64,000 bases of DNA from Chrysomallon squamiferum (taxonomy: Eukaryota > Animalia > Mollusca): the NCBI GenBank assembly GCA_012295275.1, contig CM022670.1, positions 22,444,001-22,508,000 on the forward strand. Reading direction: 5' to 3'. Below the pieces are notes generated by a model. That model was not told the DNA's origin. It did no database searches and saw nothing but the letters and a program-made list of their open reading frames with translations. Numbering within the stretch: position 1 is the stretch's first letter; the number at the start of each line of letters is the position of its first letter. Made by a program: the position numbers and the translations under genes. Of the stretch, positions 41,226 through 56,300 are shown in pieces.

Positions 41226-41819
41226 CCGTTTAATACTACTACAGTACCCGTTGAGAATACCGATTCTACAATAGCAACATCATTAACGTATTGAACAGCT
41301 TCAATACTGTTGTGTTTTATTTGTTTAATAGCATACTCCGGGTGCGGAGTTTTAGTCAGGTAACTTAATATTAATCAGTCGCACGCTTGGACTGTGGGTC
41401 AGACAGGGAAAGCAATTAACGTCACTTCCATTTGAAAATATCAATAATCTATGTGAAGGAATTAAAGTGTTATCACGGATTATTTTCGTTTATTTAATCT
41501 GGTGCTACCACTTCTGAGTGGGAAAATAAATAAGACAAACAGAGCGACGTAGTTCGGTCTAGTGACTTCATTTTTCTCTGACACGTGATGGTCACGTGAT
41601 CTTACGCCTGTTCCAGATTTTGTAGTGTTCGAGTTTGTATTTCTTCAATGCTGGTAATTTAATTCAAGACAAACTTACACACGGCTTTACTCTTCTGATA
41701 TCACTGCATACTGAGCTGTAGATACCAGGATAGAATTCCTTCAGTTCTATCCGACGATGTGAATTTTCAAAAATAACAAGTCAACATATAAGAGATAAAA
41801 GAACTGTTAAATAACGTAG

Positions 41820-41853
<34 letters not shown>

Positions 41854-42079
41854 TTTGAAAGTGATTTTATTTTACTTTATTCATTCTTTTATGTTCATTT
41901 TATGATAATGATGATGATTTATTAAATTGATATATCTCACAAAATAAATATTAAAGCATGTAATTTTATGAATGGTGGCTGGAAAATAAAAATTCTTTTT
42001 CATAACGAATTAAATACTTTTATTTATTTTTGCTAATTTGGTAAGAAAGATTTTGTCATGTTCTTTAAACATTAACCTG

Positions 42080-42540
42080 TCTTCCAAAAACTACCCCTGG
42101 CCAGTTCTCAACATGTTTATTAAAACAAATTAAAACATAAAAAAATTACACAACTCGAAATAAAGAATCCAAAATGAGCCCATTTTCTAGATATTTATTA
42201 AAATAAAAATAATAATAAAATTAAAATTAAATAAAAATCATACTGCTTGAAATAAATCATCCAAAACTAGCCCCATTCTGTACACATTTAAAAAAATAAA
42301 AATAATAATAAAATTTAATTAAATAACAATCATACATTCTGGATCGAAAAAATAAAAATAACAATAAAAAATCATCCAAAACATCCAAAACTAGCCCCAT
42401 TCTGTACATATTTATAAAAATAAAAATAACAATAAAATAAAATTAAATAACAATCATACAGGTCGAAATAAATCATCCTAAACGAGCCCCACTCTCTACA
42501 CGTTTATTAAAATAGAATAAAGAAAGGACATAAAACTCGA
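42080..42540. repeat. Degenerate ~90-bp AT-rich minisatellite, ~5 units
   Basis: Recurring core (aataaatc)atccaaaactagccccattctgtaca...aataaaaataataataaaa...aatcatac near 42083, 42160, 42250, 42375 and 42465. Confidence 0.8.
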
Positions 42541-43419
42541 ATAATTAACAACTCATAATACCGTCTAAAAGTCGCCACATCGCAAGAAAACGAAACTACT
42601 GTAAAATGGCGATTTGTGTGTGGTCGTTTGCCACTCACACTCACTCTGACAGTTTAAGGTTCTCTGGGTGATTACGTTTTCTGATACGCAATCTTGACTT
42701 TCCAAGCATCAACAAGAAGGAAAATCAAACAAGACAGAGAATTCTACAACTTGCTAACTTTGTAATTAAAAAGCGTTTTGCAGCTCGAAAAGCGCCTATG
42801 AAGTCGTTAACTAAAAAACGAGAAACTGGTCGTAAAATTTGTGTTCTTAATAAAAGTAGGTGGCGCTGAAACTCTTGAGTGAAATTAACACGTGGATTTA
42901 GTGGGTGGGTGGGGGGGGGAAATAATAAAATAAAATTGTCCCAAAAATAAATTTGGATTAAAGTTTTTATTAAAAATAATTCTTACACTTTATTATTTAT
43001 TTGTTTTTTTAGTGTGGTTCTTAATATATTTTATTTAGCTAATTTTGTTTTTTTAGTTTATATATATAACAAATTATTTTATTTGATATATATATATTTA
43101 TCTATTTTATTTAATTTTTTTTTTTTTATTATATTTATTTTATTTTTATTTTTTAACTGGAAATATTAATAAAGATATATTTTTTAGTTTGACAAATAAA
43201 ACTGTATAGTTATTTATATTTAATTTTTCTTAACGATGGACACACTGTGTTTTTTTTACGATACAATATTTAAACGTACGAGAATCATGAACATTAAGAA
43301 CAAACGTTGTAAAAATACATTTATACCGATTAGTCTACGATTCACAATTTCTCTGATATTCTTATATCATCACTGTATTATTTCATTAAATTTGTATCAC
43401 CTCTTCAAACTTGCTGAAA

Positions 43420-43521
<102 letters not shown>

Positions 43522-43788
43522 GACTACAAACAGTTTACTCTCCAGCTCTTGTTATGTCTCACTGCCGCCATGTTGCCTAGAGCCAGAGTTTGGACGGCCA
43601 TCCAAATGTTTAGAGAAGATAAAAATGACGGATAGTAATAAGTCACGGACACGAGATAGGAGGCGCAATTGTGTGGAGAAACAAAACAAATGAGTGTTTA
43701 GATCTGCCTGTGCAAGGCGTGACTGACACTCGTACAAGAAGGCGCGTGAGGTATCTCACAATCGTTTGTCGTTCTTAACACGGTGTAA

Positions 43789-43820
<32 letters not shown>

Positions 43821-45594
43821 TTGAATATTTTGTATGAGATTTAAACTACAGAAGAAGAGTACACGCCTGAATGAATAAACAAAATTTACACATGGTTTGG
43901 TTAACAGAAGAAACCACGAGAATACAGAATATGAAGAAACAAAACGTTATGAAAATGAACTTTAACCTGGCCTGAGTTCTTCTAATCTAATTTCAGCTCT
44001 GCTTACGTAATCCAGACGTTAGTAAACCCGAATGCACGTTATTAAACAGCCGATACTTTTACTGAACAGTGTATAAATATATATCAGTATTTTGTATTTG
44101 AATATATAATGTAATTTCATTACGAAGACAGATAAGCTGAACAAAGTAAGTAAAAATAAATAAATAAAGGACAACAGTGTTAACCAAATGGTTTTAAACA
44201 CCAGAAATGTGCTTTAATTCGACTGAACAACTATAAAAGGTAAACCACTCGTTCTAAGCAAGACGAAGAAGAATTATGAAATAATACTAATAATACCCTG
44301 TTACTAATATAATTATGGTAATAGTAGTAATAATAATAATATTACCAACGTTCCCAGAGTTCCAGTTTCTTTGAATTGTTCCTGTTTAAATGTATCCCAC
44401 TCAGTAATAAATAAAGATTTAGACTGTAAACCTATCATTAATAAAAGTTTTTTTTTCTTTCTTTCCGTGTTTTCTTTTAAACAGAATTTATAATTAGTAA
44501 CCCAAAGGATATTTCTTTTTCTTTCTTTCTGTCTTTCACTTTTGTTTTGCTTTTAAAAAAAATGTTGGTTTTGGTTTTCCACTCTTTCGTTTTCGTTACG
44601 TTTTCTTTTTTACTCATACATTTTTTTTTTTTTTTTTTTTAATTTTTAATTTTTAATTTTTTTGTTGTTGTTTATTTTATTTGTCTTGTTAATAATCTTT
44701 TTGATTTCTTTTTTAAATCTTAGTAACGAGGAAAAGTTAAGGAATTAATTCGCAATACATTCTTGGCCTCACTCCAGTTGCGCCTTTTAAAATACCCCAA
44801 AACTTGCGAATTTTGTTTAATTTTCTAATATTCCTGGATTTATCTTAGTCCGGAACCGGAAACCCGATATGCAACGCCCTCTATTAAATTACATAATATT
44901 AGAATTTCTTTCATTCTTACTATTTTCTTTCAAAGCTTTTACGCAATACAATAACAAGGTGCCAGCTCTGAGCGAAGTCTGCTTTATTTTCACGCCTGGA
45001 GAAACTTGAATTTTAACCCCCTGGTTTCCCCAAGACCCGTCTGCTGTGAAGGGAAAACGGGAACACAACACAAAGAATTCTGTGATATTTCATTAGCTGA
45101 AAGTGCCGTTAGATTAGCCACGTGCAGAGCTCGAGAATGATCTGTTTTACTTTCATTCAAAAAAATGAAGATTTTTTTTTTTTCCCCGTTGAAAGGCTGA
45201 CATCAGGTTGCTCGGTGGCTGCAGATAAAGATCTCGCGAGAACAGGCAATCGGCGAGATGTCAACATGTGCAACTCGAGACTAATTCAATAACGTGGGGG
45301 ATGTTCCGTCTCGTACATGTCAACTGTCTGTTATTACTCAGTTGGTTTTCCACATACAATGTAACTTCTTCTTCTTCTTCTTCTTCTTCTCTCTAGATAT
45401 ATATATATGCGTGTGTATGTCCGTGTGTATGTGTGTGTGTGTGCATATATATATATATATATATATACTGATATCTTTATATGTATGTATGTATGTATAT
45501 ATATATGTGTGTGTATGTGTGTGCGTATATATATGTATGTATATATGTAGATATATGTGTATATGTGTGTATATATATATATATACATATATAA

Positions 45595-45681
<87 letters not shown>

Positions 45682-46022
45682 AAGATAGGCAGACAGATAG
45701 ATAGTTACAGTTTTACATCACTGATGCATCATTTCCTTCCGGCTGTGGTTTGATTCAGTGTGGTTTTCACGTCTGATATCCAGTAAGGTTTTGTTCGTGG
45801 AATATCGACACGAAATCACAAGCGAATCCTATCTTGACACTAATACAAGCCAGACGTCACGTGCTATACTGTCCTGATTCAAGCGATAAAGTTTCCCAGA
45901 TGCTTGATACGACAGTCCAGCCTTCTGATTGCAGAATCATCTTCTAATTGTAAATTTCAAGGTTAGGTAAACGAGTTTTGCATACTGCATTATCACGACT
46001 ACAACAACCAGTAATTATAACG

Positions 46023-46139
<117 letters not shown>

Positions 46140-46918
46140 AAGAAAGAAAGAAAGAAAGAAAACTAGAAAACCTACCTTCGAATGTATCACATTAAAGAGA
46201 TTATCTCTTTTACAGGCTATTTGAAATACAACACGTACTTTTCCATCATTTTCTTTATTTTCATTTACTTCACTTTATTCGTAATTTATCTTTTATCCGG
46301 TATGGACTGTGCCTTTTTTTTTTCAACTTAAAAAAAAATAAAAAAAAAAATATAAATAGGTTTTTTGGCTTATTTCCTCTGTACGAGTCAGAATAAAAGT
46401 GGAAGCTAAATGTATACCAGATATTTTCTTTTCGTAGCTTTAAACTGTTTTTACATACGCCCATTTCTGTTAACATTATCAAAGAATCCACATAAAGCGC
46501 CCCACCATGCTGGGAGGTTAAACACGCACAACTGGTCAACAGGCTGGAGATTCAGATTCCATTAGTAAATAGTCAGCACTCATTTCCTTGAATCACAGTG
46601 CTTGAATCACAAATCATTTCTGACTTTATTAAAAAAAAAAAGTTATTATTGTTGTTGTTGTTTTTATTGTTATTGTTGTTGTTATTGTTATGATTAAAAA
46701 AAAAGAGTTATTTTTGTTTTTGTTGTTTTTGTTGTTGTTGTTATTATGATTATTATTTTTGTAGTTGTCCTTCTTATTATTACAAATATTGGTTTTTTTT
46801 GTTATTATTATTGTTGTTGCTGTTGTTGTTATTACTGTTGTTGTTATTTTGAATTAATCGAAATTACGTACAGTGACTGAGAAGACAGATAATAGTTACT
46901 GACAGTTTCAGAAATTGT

Positions 46919-47007
<89 letters not shown>

Positions 47008-47659
47008 GTGGATTGCAGGGGAGGAAGACAGATGAACAGAAAGACGAAGAACGACGTCACATAATTTCAGCCATTCTTTAACTGGAGCGCATTTAAACTA
47101 ATTAAAGATAATTTCTGCAGAGATAATTAAAGCTAAATGGAATTACCAAGCAGCTAAGTCGGGATCTATCAGGCAGTGTGTGTTAATTGAGCGAATAATG
47201 ATAATATATCTACACACGCTTACAGAGCACGCGCCCCGGGGGTCCGCGCATGTCAGCAGTCAGGGGACTGGATTGTTCACGTGCTGAACGTTTGATATTT
47301 TGGGGGTCAGGGGTCATTTTTAGCACGAAATACAATATTTTAATTAAATGCAAGTGATTTGAAATCCATTGTCATTATATTTTTCCCCCCTCTTCATTGT
47401 TAGTACCTACTACTACTAACAATAATAATGAACATGATGATGATAATGAAGATGATGTTGAAAATGATGGTGAAAACTCACGAAAGAAAGTACAGAAAGA
47501 CACACCAGTTCTCTCAAATGATAGATGAACTTTCATTGAGATACATTATCTTCAAAATTATAACTGATTTATCATTTTACAAATTGTTCTTATCAAGTAT
47601 TCATATTTTCTTTCGATTTATATTAAAACACACGTGTGTGTTTGTGTGTGTGTGTGTGT

Positions 47660-47757
<98 letters not shown>

Positions 47758-49732
47758 AGTAGAATATAAACACTTCAACTACCATTTCGATATCAGTGAT
47801 AACTTAAGAGAAGTAAACTGAAATTTAAATATCGTTAAACTGATCAAAGAAATAAAATCTCCTGACATTTGTAATAAAAGAAAGTAATATGTCAATTATT
47901 TATCTAAACAGAATTTACGAACAATTCAGACAGGCTTATGAATTTTATTATTCTCAGAAAAGCAGACAATTTGATATCTCAAAATAAACCGTTAGTTAGT
48001 TAAATCAACTACGTTCTGAGAAAAGTCGATCATGTATTTTTTCCCACACAGATAAAATTTCGACAACTTTGTTTTAAGAAGACAGTGCTTTCGTTTTGCG
48101 ATCGCTGAATCTCTTCTGTGTCTCGACTAGTGTTTTGAAAGAAGCCTGCGATACCATTATCTGGTCTGGTTTTGGAGGACCGCTTTGTCTTTGCACCTGT
48201 GAATAAAGAAGCTTTTTCTTCCGGTTCACTTTGTCCTCGAGTGTGTAGACAACGCATGATGGAGTTGTTTTAATCCAGGAACTGTGCTTTCTTTTAACAA
48301 AACCTCTTTTCTTATCGAGACCTCGGCCGACCTCGGGCTGGAGGTCAACCTTGTTGTTAGGCTATGTCGTAAACCGTATCTTTTGCGTGCCGTCTTTGTT
48401 TGCGACGGTTTTATTTTTATCGTGTGACTTTTTACACTTTGCACGTGAGTTTAGTACGCCTATAACTGCGAGTTTTAATTAAGAGATATGATTTTGCTGT
48501 TAGTTAGTGCCAATTATAACAGATGATAAACTAAATGAACTGTGGAGGACGAAAATGCTTTCTTATTGTTCTAGTGTTTGGAGCTACTAACATTTAGATA
48601 TAAGCAAGTGGACATAAATATAACAAACATGTACAAGTTATTAACTTTATGTCGTTGAAGTATAATTACTTTGTTATAATAGTTATAATCCCACTGACTA
48701 TTTGTTACAGATATTCATAGATATGCATAGCAGTATTACGTCTGATTAATGAAAACCAAAAATGAAGACGAAAACTGTTCCCTCTTGGTAATTAACACGA
48801 GAAGCCCAAATATCGGGGCCAAGCACTTTCCCCATCTAGATGTAATAATCGTAAATTTCATATCTGAAAGTGTCGCGAAAAAATGTTTATTTGCTCTGCA
48901 GGAATTTTAAAAGCATTTCTCTATATTCCTGTTTTTAAATATTAGATGCTTTTTTTTCTTTGCTGGTTTGTTTGATTCTTTTTTCTTGTTCATTAAAAAA
49001 AAAAGAAAAAAAAAAAGAAAAAATAATAAATGAGTAAAGAAAGAAAGAAAAGGTAACAACAAAAAAAATTTATTGAAAAACACCGTCTCAAATTAAAATA
49101 TCAAATAATATTTCTAAAAAATATATGAACAAATTATAGAAATAAATATATAAAGTAACATTTTTTTTTCTAAATGTGATATTTATTACAAACATACTGA
49201 AGATTTTATAAAACTGAAATCAGTTTAAACTGGAAAATGTATACGAGAGACTTAACCTATAATATTAAAACGCACATAAACACGTACTCCGTACACTTAA
49301 GCATTTCTCTTTTTAATTCATTCACTCCCTTCCTTCAAAGATTCTTTCTTTTTGATAAAAGTGACAGATAAAGTGGTAACTTCAATGTAAAAATAATAAT
49401 TTTAAAAAATCTCGTCTTGCGATTGAGCCAATAAGGGGGAGATGCTGACGAAAACACGGCTAATTCAAGAGTATCGAATACTCAACAATAAAAGAAGCGC
49501 CCCGCTCTTGTTGTGGGAATCGGATATATTACCAGCGCCGTGTGTTGGGAGAGCTGGCACAAACTTCCGCAGTCTCCGTAAACCATTAGCCCGAAGACCT
49601 TTTCATATGACCATCTACAAAGTTGTTTTTTGGATAATATCCAGGCAATAATATTTACTTTCCGTTACAATGTTTTCAAATTCTTCGAATGTCGCCTCTA
49701 AATATCCTGCTTCTTCTTCTTCTTCTTCTTCT

Positions 49733-49865
<133 letters not shown>

Positions 49866-50114
49866 ATATGGCATTTAAGTACCTTTTTAAAACAGCCACG
49901 TATTTCAGATTCCTTTACAAAATTGACCACGTGTTGGATTCTGTGTTTCTTTCCTTTATAAACAAAGTTACAAATGTTTATTTCTTCTTTAAAACAACTC
50001 ATTTCGTTTTCACAACAGATTACTTTATAAGTGTCTGTTGCTTGAAATTACTTGAAGTCGGGGGAATTTAAATATGTCGGCGCGTTATTGACAAAACTTC
50101 CGCCTAAGAAACGT

Positions 50115-50151
<37 letters not shown>

Positions 50152-51169
50152 AAAAAATTAAAAATGCAATAAAAGCATATGGCCTGTGTCCGTTAAACCT
50201 TCTGGTTCTGTTTGTTTTCTGCAAGTTCCGATTTATCAACGGTTACGCCACAATGCAATAAACACCCTCAAGGCGAGATGTAAACAAAATACACGAATAG
50301 GTGATTAATTTCGCTAACTTCTGCCCGAATCTCCAACAGCTTATACAAGCTTTAATTTGTGCAGAGTAAACAGTAGCTATTTATCCACGGCCTCTCACTC
50401 AAGACTGGGGTAGCGGACAAAAACTGCTATCATCAGACGGATGACGTCCGTGAACACTACTGTCACTTGTTAATTTACTTCTCTTTGATGAGTTTTCTCA
50501 GCGACTACACCTCTCACTCTTCATCTCAGAGCGGCGCCCGTCTTTTGTAACGTCGTCGTCATCATTATCGTCAACATCGTCATCATCAACATTTTAACAA
50601 ACATAATAATAATAATAAAAATAATAATAATGATAATGATAATGAAAATAATAATAATAATAATGATAATAATAATAATAAGGATAATATAATAATGATT
50701 ATAATAGTAATAAAAATGATGATGATGATGATGATAATTATAATAATATGAATAAGAATATAAATAACATAAATAATTGACAGAAAACTATTTAATTTTT
50801 TATTTTCTTGTAACATGAGAAAATGTGAAAATAATTAGTATTTTGTAAACGTAATGAAATAGTAACCGTGCAATGAACATTAACAACTCGATTATTAACA
50901 AACAGGGTCAGACTAATACACAAACATTATTACACAGACAGACCCACTGAATTTAACATCAAATTTTAATACGTTTTTTAAAATATTATAAGCTCAAAAA
51001 GATTCATAATTATATTAAAACACTAGAATGTATTGTAACAGACCATCGTGTTTCATTTCCTCATAATGATATAATCAACACTCTAGAAAATTAATCGTTA
51101 CATAATGTAGACTTATAGTATATTTACATTTATATTAATCTAACACTCATCTAAAGAAAATTATCTGTA

Positions 51170-51310
51170 ATACCGTGGTTACAGCTCTGATCTGAAGTCT
51201 GAGGGGTTTTGAGATTGATCCTTTTCGGTGTGTTTTTCGTAGTTTTATCCAGTTCCACTCAGTTCCCATTGACGGTTTATTTAAAGTCGTGGAACACGCT
51301 GTTTCCTAAT
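51170..51310 (+). mobile_element. Possible decayed tRNA-derived SINE
   Basis: Degenerate A-box-like (taccgtggtta) and B-box-like (gagattgatcc) head, followed by ccactcagt...aaagtcgtggaacacgctg, resembling a molluscan SINE body recalled from memory. Confidence 0.3.
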
Positions 51311-51389
51311 CGAGTTATAATCGCTACACAAATAAACGAATGACTCGCATCTAATAGTTGTTAGTATATTGTAGCCTGAGGTGACAACA

Positions 51390-51685
51390 CAGGCTGAGCA
51401 TTCCTTATAAGAAATTCCGACATCCGAAAAGCTCCGATATTGGAAACTTTTTCAGAGCAGCAGAAATAGGGGTATGTTATAGATTTAGAATGGTTTTAGC
51501 AAACCCAAATTTTATTTTATACACATAATTTTTTTATTTTTTTAAATTTAATTTTGTGTGTGTGTTTTTGTGTGTGTAAATCGAATTCGTATTTAGATTA
51601 AATCCTGTTCTCAGATTATCTCCTTCTGTTCCAAAATCTGAAACATTTTCGGTCCCAAGCACCTCGGGTAAAAGATTCTCACCTG
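51390..51685 (-). mobile_element. Tigger/pogo-type MITE (Tigger4/MER46-like), copy 2
   Basis: CAGGCTGAGCATTCCTTAT ... GGTCCCAAGCACCTCGGGTAAAAGATTCTCACCTG|TA. The reverse complement of 51590-51685 aligns by eye to 25551-25670 (cttgggacc, ggagat..ctgagaa.aggat). Confidence 0.75.
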
Positions 51686-51899
51686 TATTTATTAATTCAA
51701 CATTCAATCACTGTCCCTGCTACCTCATAATGATACTGACAGCGAGAGGAAAATGTAAATTCTTATGTTTAGTATATAATGGTTTTATGACGAACTCTAA
51801 AGACTGAATTCATATTTTAAAATAATAAAAAATAAAATAAAATAAAATAAATAAATAAATAAACCAAAATGAAAACAAACAACAACAACAACAACAAAA

Positions 51900-51946
<47 letters not shown>

Positions 51947-52999
51947 TATTAATTATAAAATAACGTTAATTAACTATTAATATATAAAATAAACTGAAGT
52001 GAAGTTAAATATTCGTTTATTCAAACATCCACTTTTCATGCTAAACAGTTGTATCAAAAGCAAGTATCAAGCCCGATTATTTCGAGAGCATTCTGAACCC
52101 TATGTTACATGACTAAAACTGAAAAAAAAATAAAATAAACAAATAAAAAAAAGAAAAAGAAAAAAAAGAAAAAAATAATAAATAAAATAAAATAAAAATA
52201 AATAAATAATAGCGATTTATATAAAATATATGAATACAGACAAACAACCACACTACCTACTATCTTATAATTTTCTTTACAATGAATACAAAACTCAGAT
52301 TATTATGTTGAGTGTAAAATTGAAAAAGTGTCCACGGAAAACAACAGTCAAACAAGCAAGGAGTAAGATGCTTCGGAATGCGCTAGCCGAGGAAGTTCAT
52401 GCAAACGATCTGGGCTGATTTTCACTTATAAAGTACCAGAATAATTTCAGTACTGTTTTAAATCCCGCCAGCTTGTCTAAGAGATACGTTTAAGAAATAT
52501 GATCTATAAGAAAAAAAAGAGAAAAAAAAAAAAAAAAAAAAAGAAAGAAAGAAAGAAAAATACATAAAAAGACTGGACTGTACCAGAGAGTATCACCAAC
52601 TGACTCACGAAGTGGAAGAAAGTGATCTTCTCTGACGAACTGACCAATCACAGTTTTATACATGAAAGAGTCGCGTTAGACGGTCAGTAGGTTAGATATT
52701 TGATGAGAAATTTACAATGAAACCCCCGCTATGACATATGATTTGAAATGTTGGTTCATATTTCGGCCTTTCTGCTCTGCGTTGTATTCCACCTAGTACT
52801 ACTTTGAATGGACTTACTGTTCGAACAATGAGTAATAAAAAGCTTTTATCAAAATAATAATGATTTTTATCTTCTCTAAATCACCATGTGTTCAGCCAAA
52901 TGTAATGAACAAATTACATTACAACTTTTTTAAAATAACGTGACAAAGTCATTATTTCAGTCGTAATAACATAACTTTTTAAAGTGTCGTTTTGTAATA

Positions 53000-53320
53000 G
53001 GTGAATTGCCCAAAAAGACAAAAAACAAGGGATGGGGTAGCATGATGATGACGAGACAAGGTGAATATGATGATGCATCTACCGATGATGACGCAACCAC
53101 AGAGGTCGAGATAAATGAAGGTGATTTTGTTGTAGTCAAAGTTACAGAAAAGTCAAGCAAGCAAGCACTGCATTGCTAGGGTTGATGTTCTAGACGATGA
53201 TGAATTTGAGAATGTGTTCTTGCAAAAGGTGGCAAGCAAGGATAATGCTGAAAATGTTTCGTTTATTCGACATTTACAGGACCAAGCCTCCTTCACCACA
53301 TATGGGGTAATTTGTGCCAC
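53000..53320 (+). pseudogene. Frameshifted coding relic, probably the C-terminal part of a DNA-transposon protein
   Basis: Removing one of three AAGC units at ~53154-53167 gives DDASTDDDATTEVEINEGDFVVVKVTEKSSKHCIARVDVLDDDEFENVFLQKVASKDNAENVSFIRHLQDQASF. This acidic linker + EGDFVVVK..(Y/C)IARV pattern recalls pogo/DDE-1 transposase tails. It is followed by a GGGGTAATTTGTGCCAC subterminal-like motif. Confidence 0.5.
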
Positions 53321-56300
53321 CTTACAAAATATTCTCAAACCCTCCCACCACACCATTATCAGAAATCCTGTGATCTTAAAATCGCCATTATATATATAAA
53401 GAATATATTGTTCTTTGAGGCTCACTATCCATTTTTGTGGAGATGCTGATATCTTAGACAAACTGACGTTAGATACGAATAGCCTATAACTGTTCATACT
53501 TCGAGACAGATGTAAGAACGGAATCTGACGTACAGACTCTATAGCTGTGACTATGTTATTAAAATATGTTATGTCAACGTAGTGACGCAACACCCCCCCC
53601 CAACATTCTCACATAGCGCGACTTCAGACGCCTGCTTCGGACCTAAAGAAATAAATCCGCGTAACTCTGAAATTCACTGAATTTAAGTCCATTAACTTTA
53701 GGGTTTACTGTGTGTATGTGCGTGCGTGCGTATGTCAATGTATGTATAATATATGTGTGTGTGTGTGTGTGTGTGCGTGCGCGCGTGTATGTGGTGTAAT
53801 ACACGTGGGAGAGTGTTTGTATGTGGTAGGTATGTCTTTATATGTTGTGTGGACTCAAGCACTGTAGACTTTTTAAATGACAAATAACTACATCATTACA
53901 ATAAATATAGAATGCTCCTTATTTTTGTGAATATTTATAAATGTTTCCATAGTTTGTTAAATTCTGTTGGATATTTCGTATTTTGTCAAACAGAACTAGA
54001 TAAATCGATCCTATTAAAATTCTATATTTGATTTTAACAAGGAAAAACACAGCGAAATAAAGTAAAAAAAAAAAACCCGTCACTTTTAAAATAACATTAA
54101 CCAATTAAAACTTTCATCATACGTATTATTTAGTTTGCCGAACACTTATTTAAATTTCAATCTTACGTAATCATGCTAATCAACGTTCGAATATCCATTG
54201 CAGCTTTCTAATTTCCTTTGCTCAGCTGAATATTCCTTCATAAATATCATGCGGTACACTTGATTATTCTCTAAGGTATTCGATATTCGAAATCCAATTC
54301 GACCGGAAAATTGAGATACGAAGGGCCCTAATTATTATATTCCCACAAGATGTATCATATTTCACAAGTGATTTTAAGTAGAATATGATCATTGATGTAT
54401 ATGGTTCATTTGTACTATCATTCATGCGACATAAACTAAAATGATACATTTTCTGAGTAATTTCTTAATGTTGTGTGAGACCATAATAATTATTATCGTT
54501 CCCAGTTCGGTTTTCGTTAATTTTAACTGAGCAAGTAATAGTTTTTATTTCATTTTAACAAGGTAAAATTTTTATATCACTTAAAACATCTTAAGACGAT
54601 TCTATAATTTTATGTAAACTTATCATTATCACTATTTTAATTATTTATTTCAGTAGTTATTCTACTAGAATAGTGATAAAATTACGTCACACGACTGATG
54701 TAATACTCAACTTAGAAAGTTAAAAAAGTTGTTTTAAAAAGAATATGAATTTTAATGAAAATTCATATTTACAGTTTCTGAAGATACACAAATGACTAGG
54801 TAAGTTTTAAAGTTGTTTTGTAACATTTTAATTAATTCTTTTTGGCAAAGACAACTGATTACAACAATAGGTTTAATTCGATTATACGTACATTAAACAT
54901 GACACGTGTAACCTAGAGCGAATATGACATCATAATTATTCAGATTTAAATTTGAATTTCTATTAAAGAAAAAATAATAATAATAATAATAATAATTATT
55001 ATTATTGACATCATAGACGTATATTTTAAAATATGTTTCATTCTTGAAATACAGATATTTCTTTTTGTAATACGTTTACTGATTGTAATTTTCGAGAAAC
55101 TACTTTTTGTTTGACAACATTCAAACAAGGGAGACAACTACGCATTACTTATTGCAAAAAGTTACAGGTCTAATTCGAAAACAAAATTAATACGTGTAGA
55201 TCAGAAAGCAGACATAACGTATAATCGATTAAAAGTGATTGAGATAAACAAACTTAACTGTGCTACTAGAACTAAAAGAAAGTTAAGTTTTCGGTGTTCG
55301 TATAATGGTATTCCACATGTGTGGTGAATCCGCACTTAGTCATTCGTGTGAAGGATCGGGGCAAGAGTTTTCATTGAACTCTTCAATTTGGAGGCTAGCT
55401 AGTTGTTTGAAGATTTTATCTTTTTATCCGTTGACTAATCAAAGGGCCAAATTAAGATGTAGAACTGTGGGGGCCATCTTAATCGACTTAATTATGCTAA
55501 CGGAATAATGAAATGAAACTCACATTTATCCCTTCTGACTCTCTGGCTCGTAGAAGCAATCTTTTTGGTTTGTGGTTAAAATCCGGCTCTGGTTAATGAT
55601 GTGAAATTATTCCAGAATTGTGATTATTTGTAGTACAGTTCTAAAATATTTTCTTCTTTTTGATTTTTTTCTTTTTTATATTTTATTATATAAATATATA
55701 TTTTTTTTTTTTTCTTTTATTTCTGTGTCTCTCTGTTTCTACAGAATTAGATCTATGCTAATTATTACTTAAGCCTATATTTTACTTCTTCCGATAAATC
55801 AACTTGTCACAGGATAATTTAGTTGTGCAGAGTTTACGTGGCTAACATTGATTTTCACTTACTTTCTCATGATTGAGTCAGTGTGTTAGTGCTTGTTTTT
55901 GTCTCGAGTCAGATAAAATATTTACTAACTGTTTTATCTGTAAAAATGTCATCAGTTACTAATGACTGGTGAAAAAAAGAGAGGTTACGTCACGATTTGT
56001 CGCCTCTGTATGACAGATCGTTCTGAATTACATACCTGGTGCCCAATCTGTCACTTCTTCTTCGCTAACGTAATTTCTCTATTCCCTGTCAGTTGAACGT
56101 TCATCTTTTTACTCCCCTTCGTTTTAAAGGTGCAGATTTTAAATTACACAACCTTTTCGGTCGTTAAAAAATTACTTACACACCCACACCCACACCCACC
56201 CACACCCACAATGATGCGCCAGGTCCGTATGATAGATTTTAAAAGTGCAGTGTTAATTTGCAAGGAGGATTATATAATATGTTGTTGAGCAGAAAAAAAA

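Noticed and set aside
42080-42540. CRISPR-like repeat-spacer appearance
   Set aside because: Eukaryotic context, no cas genes, degenerate repeats and mutually homologous spacers.
42903-42919. GGGTGGGTG9 G-quadruplex motif
   Set aside because: It depends on a homopolymer whose length is error-prone and has no associated feature.
53153-53593. 146-aa minus-strand ORF
   Set aside because: No protein-like features; it partly mirrors the + strand coding relic.
56011-56053. Possible pre-miRNA between inverted TGACAGAT/ATCTGTCA
   Set aside because: Pairing does not extend beyond ~8 bp, too short for a miRNA hairpin.
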